A stretch of DNA of 60,680 nucleotides, from positions 1-60,680 of the forward strand of contig CBFIDI010000002.1 in NCBI GenBank assembly GCA_965661355.1. Reading direction: 5' to 3'. Source of the stretch: Rickettsiales bacterium. GTDB taxonomy: Bacteria > Pseudomonadota > Alphaproteobacteria > Rickettsiales > UBA1997. Positions within the stretch are counted from its first letter, which is position 1. Every line of letters begins with the position of its first letter. The notes under the pieces are model-generated. The model ran no database searches. It was not told where the DNA came from and was given only the letters and a program-made list of their open reading frames with translations. Below are positions 1 to 8,492 of the stretch, piece by piece. A program made the position numbers and the translations under genes.

Positions 1-104
1 TAACGATTATTTACCATTACTCACAAATCCTTTAAGCCTTGATATTGCTGACAGTAAAAAGGAACGAACCAAACAGAGATTGGAGAATTTATTTCTAATC
101 AATT

Positions 105-962
105 TTAATCATGAAGACAAGATGTGGCCCATTCCTTCATTTCCTCTTTTAGTGCATTTAATTTTATTCTGACTAATTTATCTTCTGGATACTTTTTTAT
201 ATATAGTTCAAGATACTTTATCTCAAGGTGCTGCAATAATAATCTCGTATTTATAATTGCATTGGGAATTGCAAGATTATGGAATTCCGAATGTCGAATT
301 TCAAAAGGATTTTCATAATATGGAATTTTCTCATATCTCTTTTTATATTTTTTTGTATTGTATCCAATTTTAGCTAGGAACTCTTTTATTTCTGATGATA
401 AGTTAGAATCTTCCTTTCGCAAATAATCAGTTAAATCTTCTATATTAATAATAGAGTTTCTTATTTTTGAGAAAATTTCATCGACAGATAATTCTACTTC
501 TATATTAACCGCCATTTCTGGAAGAGGATGATTATTTTTATTAATATTTTCAATTTCGTACCAGAATTTTTTTTCTTCATTTTCAATTTGTCTTATTAAT
601 TCATCATTAACGATCAAATCTTGTGATTGTCTGGACTCATGATTAGATTTCATCTCCTTTAAGATTTGTGTGCTGTATTTACTTATATCAGTATCAATTA
701 TTTTATGATGCTTATAGCATAGAAGAATAAGATTATCAAAATCTCTACATTTTTCCATGGCAAGATTTTTATTAAATCTAGGACCATTTTTGCTAAAACC
801 CTCAATATGACATATTTGACCAACGAATAGATTTTCTTCTGTTATAAGTTCATCAGAACAATCTTCAAAAGCACATTTATTTCCAGACTTTGCAAAGAGA
901 GCCTTAATTGTTGATGTCTTAAAATTAGGTCTGGTTGTTTTATTGTTTTTTGATTTATCCAT
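105..962 (-). CDS. HNH-nuclease-domain protein with an unassigned ~190-aa helical C-terminal domain
   Basis: The N-terminal ~95 aa carry a Cys/His HNH pattern: GNKCAFEDC ... GQICHIEG ... FDNLILLCYKHHKIID. The ATG lies 3 nt after the stop of the upstream Fic gene on the same strand. The C-terminal domain was not recognised. Confidence 0.6.
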   Translation of the reverse strand: MDKSKNNKTTRPNFKTSTIKALFAKSGNKCAFEDCSDELITEENLFVGQICHIEGFSKNGPRFNKNLAMEKCRDFDNLILLCYKHHKIIDTDISKYSTQILKEMKSNHESRQSQDLIVNDELIRQIENEEKKFWYEIENINKNNHPLPEMAVNIEVELSVDEIFSKIRNSIINIEDLTDYLRKEDSNLSSEIKEFLAKIGYNTKKYKKRYEKIPYYENPFEIRHSEFHNLAIPNAIINTRLLLQHLEIKYLELYIKKYPEDKLVRIKLNALKEEMKEWATSCLHD

Positions 963-965
963 AAC

Positions 966-2048
966 CTATTTTAAAACCCTGTATCTAATCCCCCTACCTT
1001 CACCAATTCTGTCTAGCTTTTTCAGATCAAATAATTTCTTAATTATTGCCTCAACGGTTCTAGGTGGAAATCCCGTTGCTTCAATTGCATCTTTTCGTGA
1101 AAATTCTTTTTTTTCTAAAGATAAAGCCCAATTCCATAATTTTAGCTGTTTTTCCGATAGGAAATGTTCAATTGTTTCACCTTTTAAAATATCTAAAGCT
1201 TTCTCCGCCTGTCCATCAACAATTTTTAAGAAAAATAACAACCACTGAGAAATATCCTCTTCTTCAGTTTTCCAAGTTTTCTGGGTTTTATTTAGAGCCA
1301 AATAATAATCGGCTTTATTGTTTTCTATTAATTTTTCATGAGAGATGATATTGGTAAAATTATAACCTGACTGTAAGAGCATTAAATTTGTTAGTAATCT
1401 GCTAGTTCTGCCATTGCCATCTTGGAAAGGGTGAATTGCCAAATATTCAAAGATAAAATTCGCAATTAAAATTAAAGTATGTTTTTGCCCTTCATTTTTG
1501 CAAAAATTATACCACTCAACCAGTTCTTGAATTTCCTTTTTAACCAAATGCGGTGGTGTTGGATCAAAAATAACTCCAACTAAATTACCTTCATGATCTT
1601 TTGCTTCAACTCTATTTGACCCAAATTTATATCCTCCCTTATGTCTTAAATCTTTTTCACTATATTTAAGCATCTGGTCATGAAAACCTAAAATTAGAGA
1701 TTCGTTTATTTTTATATTTTGATAATTTGCTAATATTTCCTGCAAAACCTCTATATATCCAGCAACCTCTTGTTCGTCTCTGGTTTTGAACTTTTGAATA
1801 TTTAAGTTTTTGTAAAGCTTCTCAACCTGATTATCTGTTAGTTTATTTCCCTCAATTCTATTTGAGGCGCCAGCAGAGGTTACAATTAAAGATGAGGTAA
1901 GGCGATTAATAGTTTGAGGCAAAAGATTGTTAGTTAAAGAAAAGCTATTTTTAACAGAGTCAATTTTTGCAATTAAAGAATAAACTTCTTCAATAATGTC
2001 TGCTTTCAAATTTAATCTTTTATTTATCCTAAAATTTTCCCAATCCAT
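966..2048 (-). CDS. Fic/DOC family protein (putative AMP-transferase) with a winged-helix-like C-terminal tail
   Basis: Canonical Fic loop HPFQDGNGRTSRLL (HxFx[D/E]GNGRxxR). An upstream SNRIEGN segment matches the (S/T)xxxE(G/N) auto-inhibition motif. Length is 360 aa. The C-terminus (RTVEAIIKKLFDLKKLDRIGEGRGIRYRV) looks wHTH-like. Confidence 0.85.
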   Translation of the reverse strand: MDWENFRINKRLNLKADIIEEVYSLIAKIDSVKNSFSLTNNLLPQTINRLTSSLIVTSAGASNRIEGNKLTDNQVEKLYKNLNIQKFKTRDEQEVAGYIEVLQEILANYQNIKINESLILGFHDQMLKYSEKDLRHKGGYKFGSNRVEAKDHEGNLVGVIFDPTPPHLVKKEIQELVEWYNFCKNEGQKHTLILIANFIFEYLAIHPFQDGNGRTSRLLTNLMLLQSGYNFTNIISHEKLIENNKADYYLALNKTQKTWKTEEEDISQWLLFFLKIVDGQAEKALDILKGETIEHFLSEKQLKLWNWALSLEKKEFSRKDAIEATGFPPRTVEAIIKKLFDLKKLDRIGEGRGIRYRVLK

Positions 2049-2427
2049 AATACAATATATAAATGTGATATAATGTTAAATAGTGTGAGATAAATACCTC
2101 TGAAAGTCAATAGAAAAGTTCGTAATTGATGTTTCTCACCTCAACAAGCACAAAAGTTCGAAATTTAAAGGACGCCCCAAACAGGCTTTTAACCATTATG
2201 GATATTGGTTTCATAAATTCATCGAATAGTTCGTAAATCACACCTTCCGCACCGCCATCTCTACTATCTTATATCATCTTTTAAAGTCTGGTTAGAGCAA
2301 ATAAATCAAGGGTTTTGGCTTGGTTTTTGTCTTGTGTTGTCCTAGGCAATCTATTGACATACATAGTATTTTGGGGGTATAATTGGGGGCAAATATTTTA
2401 CCGTTTTAATTTTTACCCCCAAATGTT

Positions 2428-2682
2428 ATGGATTATTTAGATGAATATATAAATCCGCATAATTTTAGACATACAAGGGCAAGATTTGCAAGTAAGCAAT
2501 CACCGCAATATTTGAATGCAACGAGGCAAGCTTTGGGGCAGAAAAATATTGATACAACTTTGACGAGTTATGGTGAGCTTTCAGTTTATGAGCAAAGGCA
2601 GGTTATGGTGGGGTTGAGGTTTTTGAAGGTGGGAAAAATGGGGCTTGAAGTGGATATTTCAGAGCCTTGTGCCTTTGCTTGA
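2428..2682 (+). pseudogene. Tyrosine recombinase/integrase, C-terminal fragment only
   Basis: The 84-aa ORF contains HNFRHTRA (box II HxxRH), LGQKNIDTTLTSYG (LGHxxxxTTxxY with the catalytic Tyr) and nothing of the N-terminal or core-binding domains. No upstream continuation was found in any frame. Confidence 0.6.
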
Positions 2683-2956
2683 TATTTATTTTGGTTGTTT
2701 TTGTGATGATTATGTTTGAGAGTGGCGATTTTTGTTTAATACCAAATCCCATCTTTAAAAACCAATTTATCCATCATAATTTGATCACTAAATCCATCAC
2801 CAAAAACCCAACATAGATAGGTTTTTGCTAATAAATTTATTAATCAAATTATTTAGCCTAAATTAGCGTTTGAAGATGGGACTTAGTATAAGAAGATTGA
2901 TATTTAGCTTTATTCAAGATAAAATATATGTAAAATAAGCAAAAAATTCAAAAACC

Positions 2957-4579
2957 ATGCCAACATTAGACTTCAAAGGAAAACAATTTATTTATTCACA
3001 CCACCACAATGTGCCTTTTCGTGAATTGAAAATTGATAAAGAAAAGTCATTGCCAAAAGATGCACAAGCAAGCTTGGATGATAATTTGATAATTCATGGC
3101 GATAATTTACACGCTTTGAAGGCTTTGATGCCAAAATATGCGGGTAAAGTTAAGTGCATTTATATTGATCCGCCTTACAACACAGGAAATGAAGGTTGGT
3201 GTTATAATGACAATGTTAATAGCCCATTGATGAAAGAGTGGCTTAAGAAAAATGCGAATCCGGTTGATAAGGAAGATTTACAAAGGCATGATAAATGGCT
3301 TTGTATGATGTATCCGCGGTTGAAGTTGTTGCATGAGTTGCTTTCGGATGATGGGGTGATTTTTGTTTCTATTGATGATAATGAGGTTCATCATTTGAGG
3401 GCGATTATGGATGAGATTTTTGGGGAGGAGAATTTTATTGGTAATATTTCTTGGGAATCTAAAACAAAATCACAAAACACAAAAGAATCTTATAATAAAC
3501 TTCAGCCAAAAACAGAACATATTCTTCTTTATACAAAAAAAGACCACAGAAGGTTTAATCTTGTCAAAAAAGGAGAAAAGCAGTATTTACAACAGGATCA
3601 GAAAGGAAATTATAGAGAATATCCATTGGAAGTCATGAATTTAGAAGGCGTGAGAGGTAGAGAATCGATGGTTTTTGAGGTAGAGGGAATTCTTCCTCCG
3701 CAAGGAAAGCAGTGGCAACTTGGACAACAAACTATATCTAAATATAAAAATCGTGAAGATTTGTTTGTGCGTAATGAAAGGGTTTTTTTGAAAATGAGGC
3801 CAGAAGATGAAAATTCAGAAGTTACGGAGCCATTTTGGGGACTTTTTAATAAAGATATTGGCACAGCGGAAAGTGCAAAAAAAGAATTATCAGTAGTTTT
3901 TAGTAATGAAAAACACGGGTTTGAAACTGTAAAACCAGTAGATTTGATAAAGAGGCTTTTATTTCACTCTTCATCTTCAAGCGACATAATCCTAGACTCC
4001 TTCGCTGGCTCTGGCACAACAGCGCACGCAGTTCTCGACCTCAACAAAATCGATGGCGGGAATCGCAAATTTATTTGCGTTGAAATGGAAGATTATGCCG
4101 ATAAAATTACCGCCGAGCGTGTGCGTCGTGTTATAAAAGGCGTGCCTTTGGCCAAAGATGAAAAACTAAAAAACGGGCTTGGCGGCAGCTTCACTTTTTG
4201 TGAACTTGGCGATGAATTTAACATTGAAAAAATTCTAACGGGCGAAACTTTGCCAAAATATGAAGCTTTGGCGAATTATGTTTTTTATACCGCGACTGGA
4301 AAGAGCCTAGAAAATGAAGCTAAACCAAGGCCAGATTACTTTGTTGGCGAAACTGATCTTTACGAAATTTATTTAATTTATCAGCCGGATATTGCATTTT
4401 TACGCTCTAATGAATCTGCTTTGAATTCGAAAATAGTTGAAATTATTGCTGGCAAAGAAAGTAAAAAACAAAAATTGGTTTTTGCGACAGCAAAATATAT
4501 GGGACAAAATGAATTAAATGAACATAAAATAACTTTTTGTCAATTGCCTTACGCAATTCATAAAATCACCACCAAATAA
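2957..4579 (+). CDS. mod: Type III restriction-modification system, Mod DNA methyltransferase (beta-class N6-adenine/N4-cytosine MTase)
   Basis: Motif IV IYIDPPYNTGNEGW lies near the N-terminus and motif I DSFAGSGTTAHAV near the C-terminus, with a variable region between them. This is the motif order typical of type III Mod. A Res gene lies in the same operon. Confidence 0.85.
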   Translation: MPTLDFKGKQFIYSHHHNVPFRELKIDKEKSLPKDAQASLDDNLIIHGDNLHALKALMPKYAGKVKCIYIDPPYNTGNEGWCYNDNVNSPLMKEWLKKNANPVDKEDLQRHDKWLCMMYPRLKLLHELLSDDGVIFVSIDDNEVHHLRAIMDEIFGEENFIGNISWESKTKSQNTKESYNKLQPKTEHILLYTKKDHRRFNLVKKGEKQYLQQDQKGNYREYPLEVMNLEGVRGRESMVFEVEGILPPQGKQWQLGQQTISKYKNREDLFVRNERVFLKMRPEDENSEVTEPFWGLFNKDIGTAESAKKELSVVFSNEKHGFETVKPVDLIKRLLFHSSSSSDIILDSFAGSGTTAHAVLDLNKIDGGNRKFICVEMEDYADKITAERVRRVIKGVPLAKDEKLKNGLGGSFTFCELGDEFNIEKILTGETLPKYEALANYVFYTATGKSLENEAKPRPDYFVGETDLYEIYLIYQPDIAFLRSNESALNSKIVEIIAGKESKKQKLVFATAKYMGQNELNEHKITFCQLPYAIHKITTK

Positions 4580-4590
4580 ACCTGAAATAT

Positions 4591-5412
4591 ATGAAAAATC
4601 ACCTCACAATTTTTGAGAAAATCAAAAAAATAGACGAAAATAATAACGAATTTTGGCAAGCAAGAGAGTTTTCTAAAGCCTTGGAATATGAAGATTTCAG
4701 AAATTTCTTGTCAGTTATTGAAAAAGTGAAAGAGGCTTGCAAAAACAGTAAACAAAAGGTTTCAGACCATGTCGTTGGGTTCACCGAGATGGTAGGGATA
4801 GGCTCTGGCGCGAGTCGCGAAATGCCAAGCTTTAAGCTTTCTCGTTATGCTTGTTATCTTATTGTGCAAAATGCTGATCCTTCAAAGGAAGTTGTTGCTT
4901 TGGGTCAAACCTATTTTGCAATGCAAACTAGGTTGCAAGAGATATCTCAGATGGATGAATATAATAGGCTTTCAAGCGAAGAAGAAAAGAGGCTATTTTT
5001 AAGAAATGAGTTAAAAACTCACAATATTCAACTTGCAAGCGCAGCAAAACAAGCCGGAGTTATAAATCCGATAGATTATGCAATATTTCAAAACCATGGA
5101 TATATGGGTTTGTATGGCGGTCTTGGCGCTAAGGATATTCATGAAAAAAGACAGTTAAAGAAAAGTCAAAATATATTGGATCATATGGGGTCAACCGAGC
5201 TTGCGGCTAATTTATTTAGAGCAACGCAGGCAGAAGAAAAATTAAAAAGGGATGAAATTCAGGACAAGAAAAATGCTAATAAAACTCATCGTGATGTGGG
5301 CAAGAAAGTTCGACAAACTATAGAAGAAATTGGTGGTACAATGCCAGAAAATTTGCCGACTGAAAACAGCATTAAAACAATTGTAAAAAAGAAAAATAAA
5401 GAGCTTAAATAA
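4591..5412 (+). CDS. dinD: DNA-damage-inducible protein D (DinD) homologue
   Basis: Long collinear matches to E. coli DinD as I recall it: SRYACYLIVQNADPSKEVVALGQTYFAMQTRLQE, RLFLRNELKTHN, FQNHGYMGLYGGL, ILDHMGSTELAANLFRATQAEEKLKRD, VRQTIEEIGGTMPENLPT. It starts 12 nt after the mod stop, and its stop overlaps the res ATG (TAATG). Confidence 0.85.
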   Translation: MKNHLTIFEKIKKIDENNNEFWQAREFSKALEYEDFRNFLSVIEKVKEACKNSKQKVSDHVVGFTEMVGIGSGASREMPSFKLSRYACYLIVQNADPSKEVVALGQTYFAMQTRLQEISQMDEYNRLSSEEEKRLFLRNELKTHNIQLASAAKQAGVINPIDYAIFQNHGYMGLYGGLGAKDIHEKRQLKKSQNILDHMGSTELAANLFRATQAEEKLKRDEIQDKKNANKTHRDVGKKVRQTIEEIGGTMPENLPTENSIKTIVKKKNKELK

Positions 5413-7967
5413 TGGAACTTAAAGATTATCAGATAAAAGTTTTAGAATATCTTGAAAGCTATTTAAGAAAACTTGACGCGCAATATCAAGATAAGCTGGA
5501 TTATTATGAATTTCAGAAATCAAAGAAAAAAGACGCGAATCACCCTGAAATTTCTGATTATTGTAGTGAAACTTGGGAAGAAATGAAGGCTTCCTTTGTT
5601 GTTCATTCGCCAAATTATACGACAAGAAGAGATGGACTTAATAGAAATATTCCAAACATTTGCTTTAAAGTTCCAACTGGTGGTGGCAAAACACTTCTTG
5701 CGACTTGTGCTTTGCAAAGAATTAAACAAGATTATTTTAAGCAAAATACGGGTTTTGTTTTGTGGATTGTGCCAAGTGAGACAATTTATAAACAAACCAG
5801 TAAATCTTTAAGAGACAGACAACACCCTTATCGCCAAATGTTAGATAGGATAAGTGGAGGAAAAACTATTATTTTTGAAAAAAACGACAAATTTAATAAG
5901 CAGGACGTAGAAGATAATTTATGTATTATGTTGCTGATGTTGCAATCTGGTAATAGAGATAATAAATCAACCTTAAGAATGTTTAGGGATAGTGGAAATT
6001 TTTCTAGTTTTTACCCCGAAATTGACGATTATAATGCCAATAAAAAACTATTAGACTTGAACCCTGACCTTGAGGTGGCTGATTTGGCTGATGGCGGTGA
6101 TGATGTTATTTCTGGGATATCAATTAAACATTCTCTTGGCAATACTCTTAAGCTAATTCGCCCTGTGGTGATTATGGATGAAGGGCATAAGGCAGCGTCT
6201 GAAAGGGCTTTAAATACCTTAAATAGCTTTAATCCTTCTTTTATTGTTGAACTTTCGGCAACGCCAAAAGATAATAGCAATGTTTTGATAAATGTTAGAG
6301 GAAGTGAATTAAAGCAAGAGCAAATGATTAAGTTGCCAATTAATGTTTTTGGATCAGAAGAGTCTGGGTGGAAACAAACCTTGAATCATTCACATAAAAA
6401 ACTTGAAGAATTATCAAAATTGGCTTCAAAATTACAAAAAAATGAGGGTCGTTATATTCGCCCAATAATGGTGATTAAAGCCGAACCTAAAAAGAAAGGC
6501 GATTCTTATGACCATGTAGAAGATATTAAAAAATATCTGATTGATAATTTGAGCGTTAATTCAGAAGAAATTAGAATAAAATTATCAGAAAAAGATGAGA
6601 TAAAAGATGAAGATTTATTAAACAATCTTTGTCCTGTAAAATATATCATTACTAAAGATGCCTTAAAAGAAGGCTGGGACTGTTCTTTTGCTTATATTTT
6701 ATCAATTCTTTCAAACACAAAAAGCAATGTTTCCTTAACTCAGTTCATAGGAAGAGTTTTAAGACAACCAGAAGCAAGAATAACTAGCATTGCTGAACTT
6801 AATCAATGTTATGTTTATTCAAATAATTCTGATGTTAATGACACCGTAGAATCAATTAAAAAAGGCTTAGAGCAAGAAGGAATGGGTGATTTATCTAGCG
6901 ATATTTCAACCAACAATAGCCAATCAAATTTGACTGAAACGGTTGGACTAAAATTAAATGAAAATCTTCTTAAAAAAGATAAAATATTCATTCCTAAGCT
7001 AAATGTTATTGAAGGTGATGAAGTAAGAAATTTTGACTATTACCAAGACATCTTAAATGAAGTTAGATGGGAAGGTTATTCTTTTAACAATGAGCTAATT
7101 CTAAAAGAAAAAGATCATGCTAGTTATGATCTTTTTAAAGTAGACGTTGAAACTAGCCAAGATAAACAATTTGAGTTAAAATTAGGCAGCAGAGAAGTGA
7201 AATCTGAAAAGATTGAAGGTGAGCTTGATATTTCATTAATGACTAGTCAGCTAATGGATAAAGTTCCAAATCCTTGGCACGCAACAAGAATAATTAGTGA
7301 AACCTTAGAAAAACTTAAAACAAAATTCAGTGATGTTATAATTGCTTTTAATTCTGTTTATATTGTTGATGAGATTAAGAAAGACTGTTTTGCGTGGGTT
7401 TTGGAAAAGTCAGAAAATATTTTCAAAAATAAACTTGAATCAAAAACCATTTTTCTAAAGCTTGTTTGTGAGCCTTTTTCAAATTTGAATTGGGAAATGG
7501 AAGATTTAATTAACGTAAATATTCAAAGCAACGAATCAAGAATTGAGTTAGAAAAAAACATCTTTCAACCGCAATATAAAAGTCTTTACAATAATTATGA
7601 ATATCAAATCGCTTCTTACATTAACAAAAGCGAAGCTGTGAAATGGTGGCATAGACTCGGAGTTAAAGGAACAGAATATTATGTTCAAGGTTGGAAAAGA
7701 GATAAGATATTTCCTGATTTTTTGGTAAAATTGCAAAATGATGGTAGCGGAGCCAATAAACTTCAATTTATAGAAACTAAGGGTGACCACTTAAAGGGTA
7801 ATTTAGATACTGAATATAAGAAAAAGGTTTTTGATTATCTGAATGATCTTGCAAAAAAAGATATTGAGGCAGTTGGAGAGTTGAAATTAGTAAAAGATCA
7901 AGATGAGTTAAATTTTCAGATGGTTTTTGAAGACGAATGGCAAACACAAATTGGAAGAATTATTTAA
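5412..7967 (+). CDS. res: Type III restriction enzyme, Res subunit (SF2 helicase/ATPase plus C-terminal PD-(D/E)xK nuclease)
   Basis: Helicase motif I FKVPTGGGKTLLA, motif II VIMDEGHKA and ALKEGWDCSFAY are present. The C-terminus has FPDFLVKL...FIETKGDHLKG, a PD...ExK nuclease signature. The ORF is 851 aa and uninterrupted. Confidence 0.85.
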   Translation: MELKDYQIKVLEYLESYLRKLDAQYQDKLDYYEFQKSKKKDANHPEISDYCSETWEEMKASFVVHSPNYTTRRDGLNRNIPNICFKVPTGGGKTLLATCALQRIKQDYFKQNTGFVLWIVPSETIYKQTSKSLRDRQHPYRQMLDRISGGKTIIFEKNDKFNKQDVEDNLCIMLLMLQSGNRDNKSTLRMFRDSGNFSSFYPEIDDYNANKKLLDLNPDLEVADLADGGDDVISGISIKHSLGNTLKLIRPVVIMDEGHKAASERALNTLNSFNPSFIVELSATPKDNSNVLINVRGSELKQEQMIKLPINVFGSEESGWKQTLNHSHKKLEELSKLASKLQKNEGRYIRPIMVIKAEPKKKGDSYDHVEDIKKYLIDNLSVNSEEIRIKLSEKDEIKDEDLLNNLCPVKYIITKDALKEGWDCSFAYILSILSNTKSNVSLTQFIGRVLRQPEARITSIAELNQCYVYSNNSDVNDTVESIKKGLEQEGMGDLSSDISTNNSQSNLTETVGLKLNENLLKKDKIFIPKLNVIEGDEVRNFDYYQDILNEVRWEGYSFNNELILKEKDHASYDLFKVDVETSQDKQFELKLGSREVKSEKIEGELDISLMTSQLMDKVPNPWHATRIISETLEKLKTKFSDVIIAFNSVYIVDEIKKDCFAWVLEKSENIFKNKLESKTIFLKLVCEPFSNLNWEMEDLINVNIQSNESRIELEKNIFQPQYKSLYNNYEYQIASYINKSEAVKWWHRLGVKGTEYYVQGWKRDKIFPDFLVKLQNDGSGANKLQFIETKGDHLKGNLDTEYKKKVFDYLNDLAKKDIEAVGELKLVKDQDELNFQMVFEDEWQTQIGRII

Positions 7968-8492
7968 TAAAGATTAAAAAAGAAATTCGTAATTTACTAT
8001 TTTCTAGTAGAATATGTTTTGTAGAAATTTTCAACACCCCCCCCTTCAAAAACAATTATGGGGGCAAAAATGAGAGCAACTATAAAAACCACAAAGCACC
8101 CTACCCTTACAAATAAAGTCTCTAACCCCAATAATGTTGCACACCGCCAGTTCAACCGGTTCTAACCTCGTCTCCGCTCTATTTTTAGCTAATCATAATC
8201 AACGCTCTAAGACCGGTAAATCTAAGGCTTTGCGATTTTTAAAACTCTATTTCGGTCGTCCTTTTCTTCTCCGTTTTTTACAAAATTTTGCCAAAATCAC
8301 GCTAAAAATTCTCTGAAGTCTCCGCTTGGGTCGTCCTTTTTCAAAAAAGGTGGACATTTGTAAACACTAGCTTTGTGGATTTTGTAACGAACTTTTTCAA
8401 GTGGGTGTGCGAGTGCAACTTTTCTAATTTTTGCGAACTTGTCGTGGATTTTTACATATTATTTGATTAATATTTACCTATAAGTAAACAAA

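Noticed and set aside
124-1348. ORF-track entries antisense to or overlapping the HNH and Fic genes (124..318, 943..1248, 1064..1348). Many similar short ORFs lie inside other genes, for example 3411..3638, 3610..3864, 5419..5811, 13570..13848, 16689..16958, 32863..33144, 35879..36175, 45581..46750, 49993..50334 and 51177..51467.
   Set aside because: They lie wholly within longer ORFs that carry clear family motifs. Their Ile/Phe/Leu/Ser-rich composition is what is expected from reading AT-rich coding DNA out of frame or antisense, and they carry no motifs of their own.
2957-4579. I looked for a simple-sequence repeat inside mod that would make it a phase-variable phasevarion.
   Set aside because: No homopolymer or short tandem repeat of notable length is visible in or just upstream of mod, and the ORF is continuous.
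8134-8316. A 60-aa ORF in the spacer after res.
   Set aside because: It has no plausible ribosome-binding context and no recognisable domain, and its composition looks random. The region is better described as repeat-containing non-coding or decayed DNA (see the finding at 8031-8492).
8375-8452. Two GTGGATTTT words that resemble DnaA boxes on the complementary strand (AAAATCCAC), which hints at a replication origin or plasmid ori remnant.
   Set aside because: There are only two imperfect boxes (7 of 9 matches to TTATCCACA). There is no AT-rich unwinding-element arrangement distinguishable from the AT-rich background, and no dnaA, rep or par genes are nearby.
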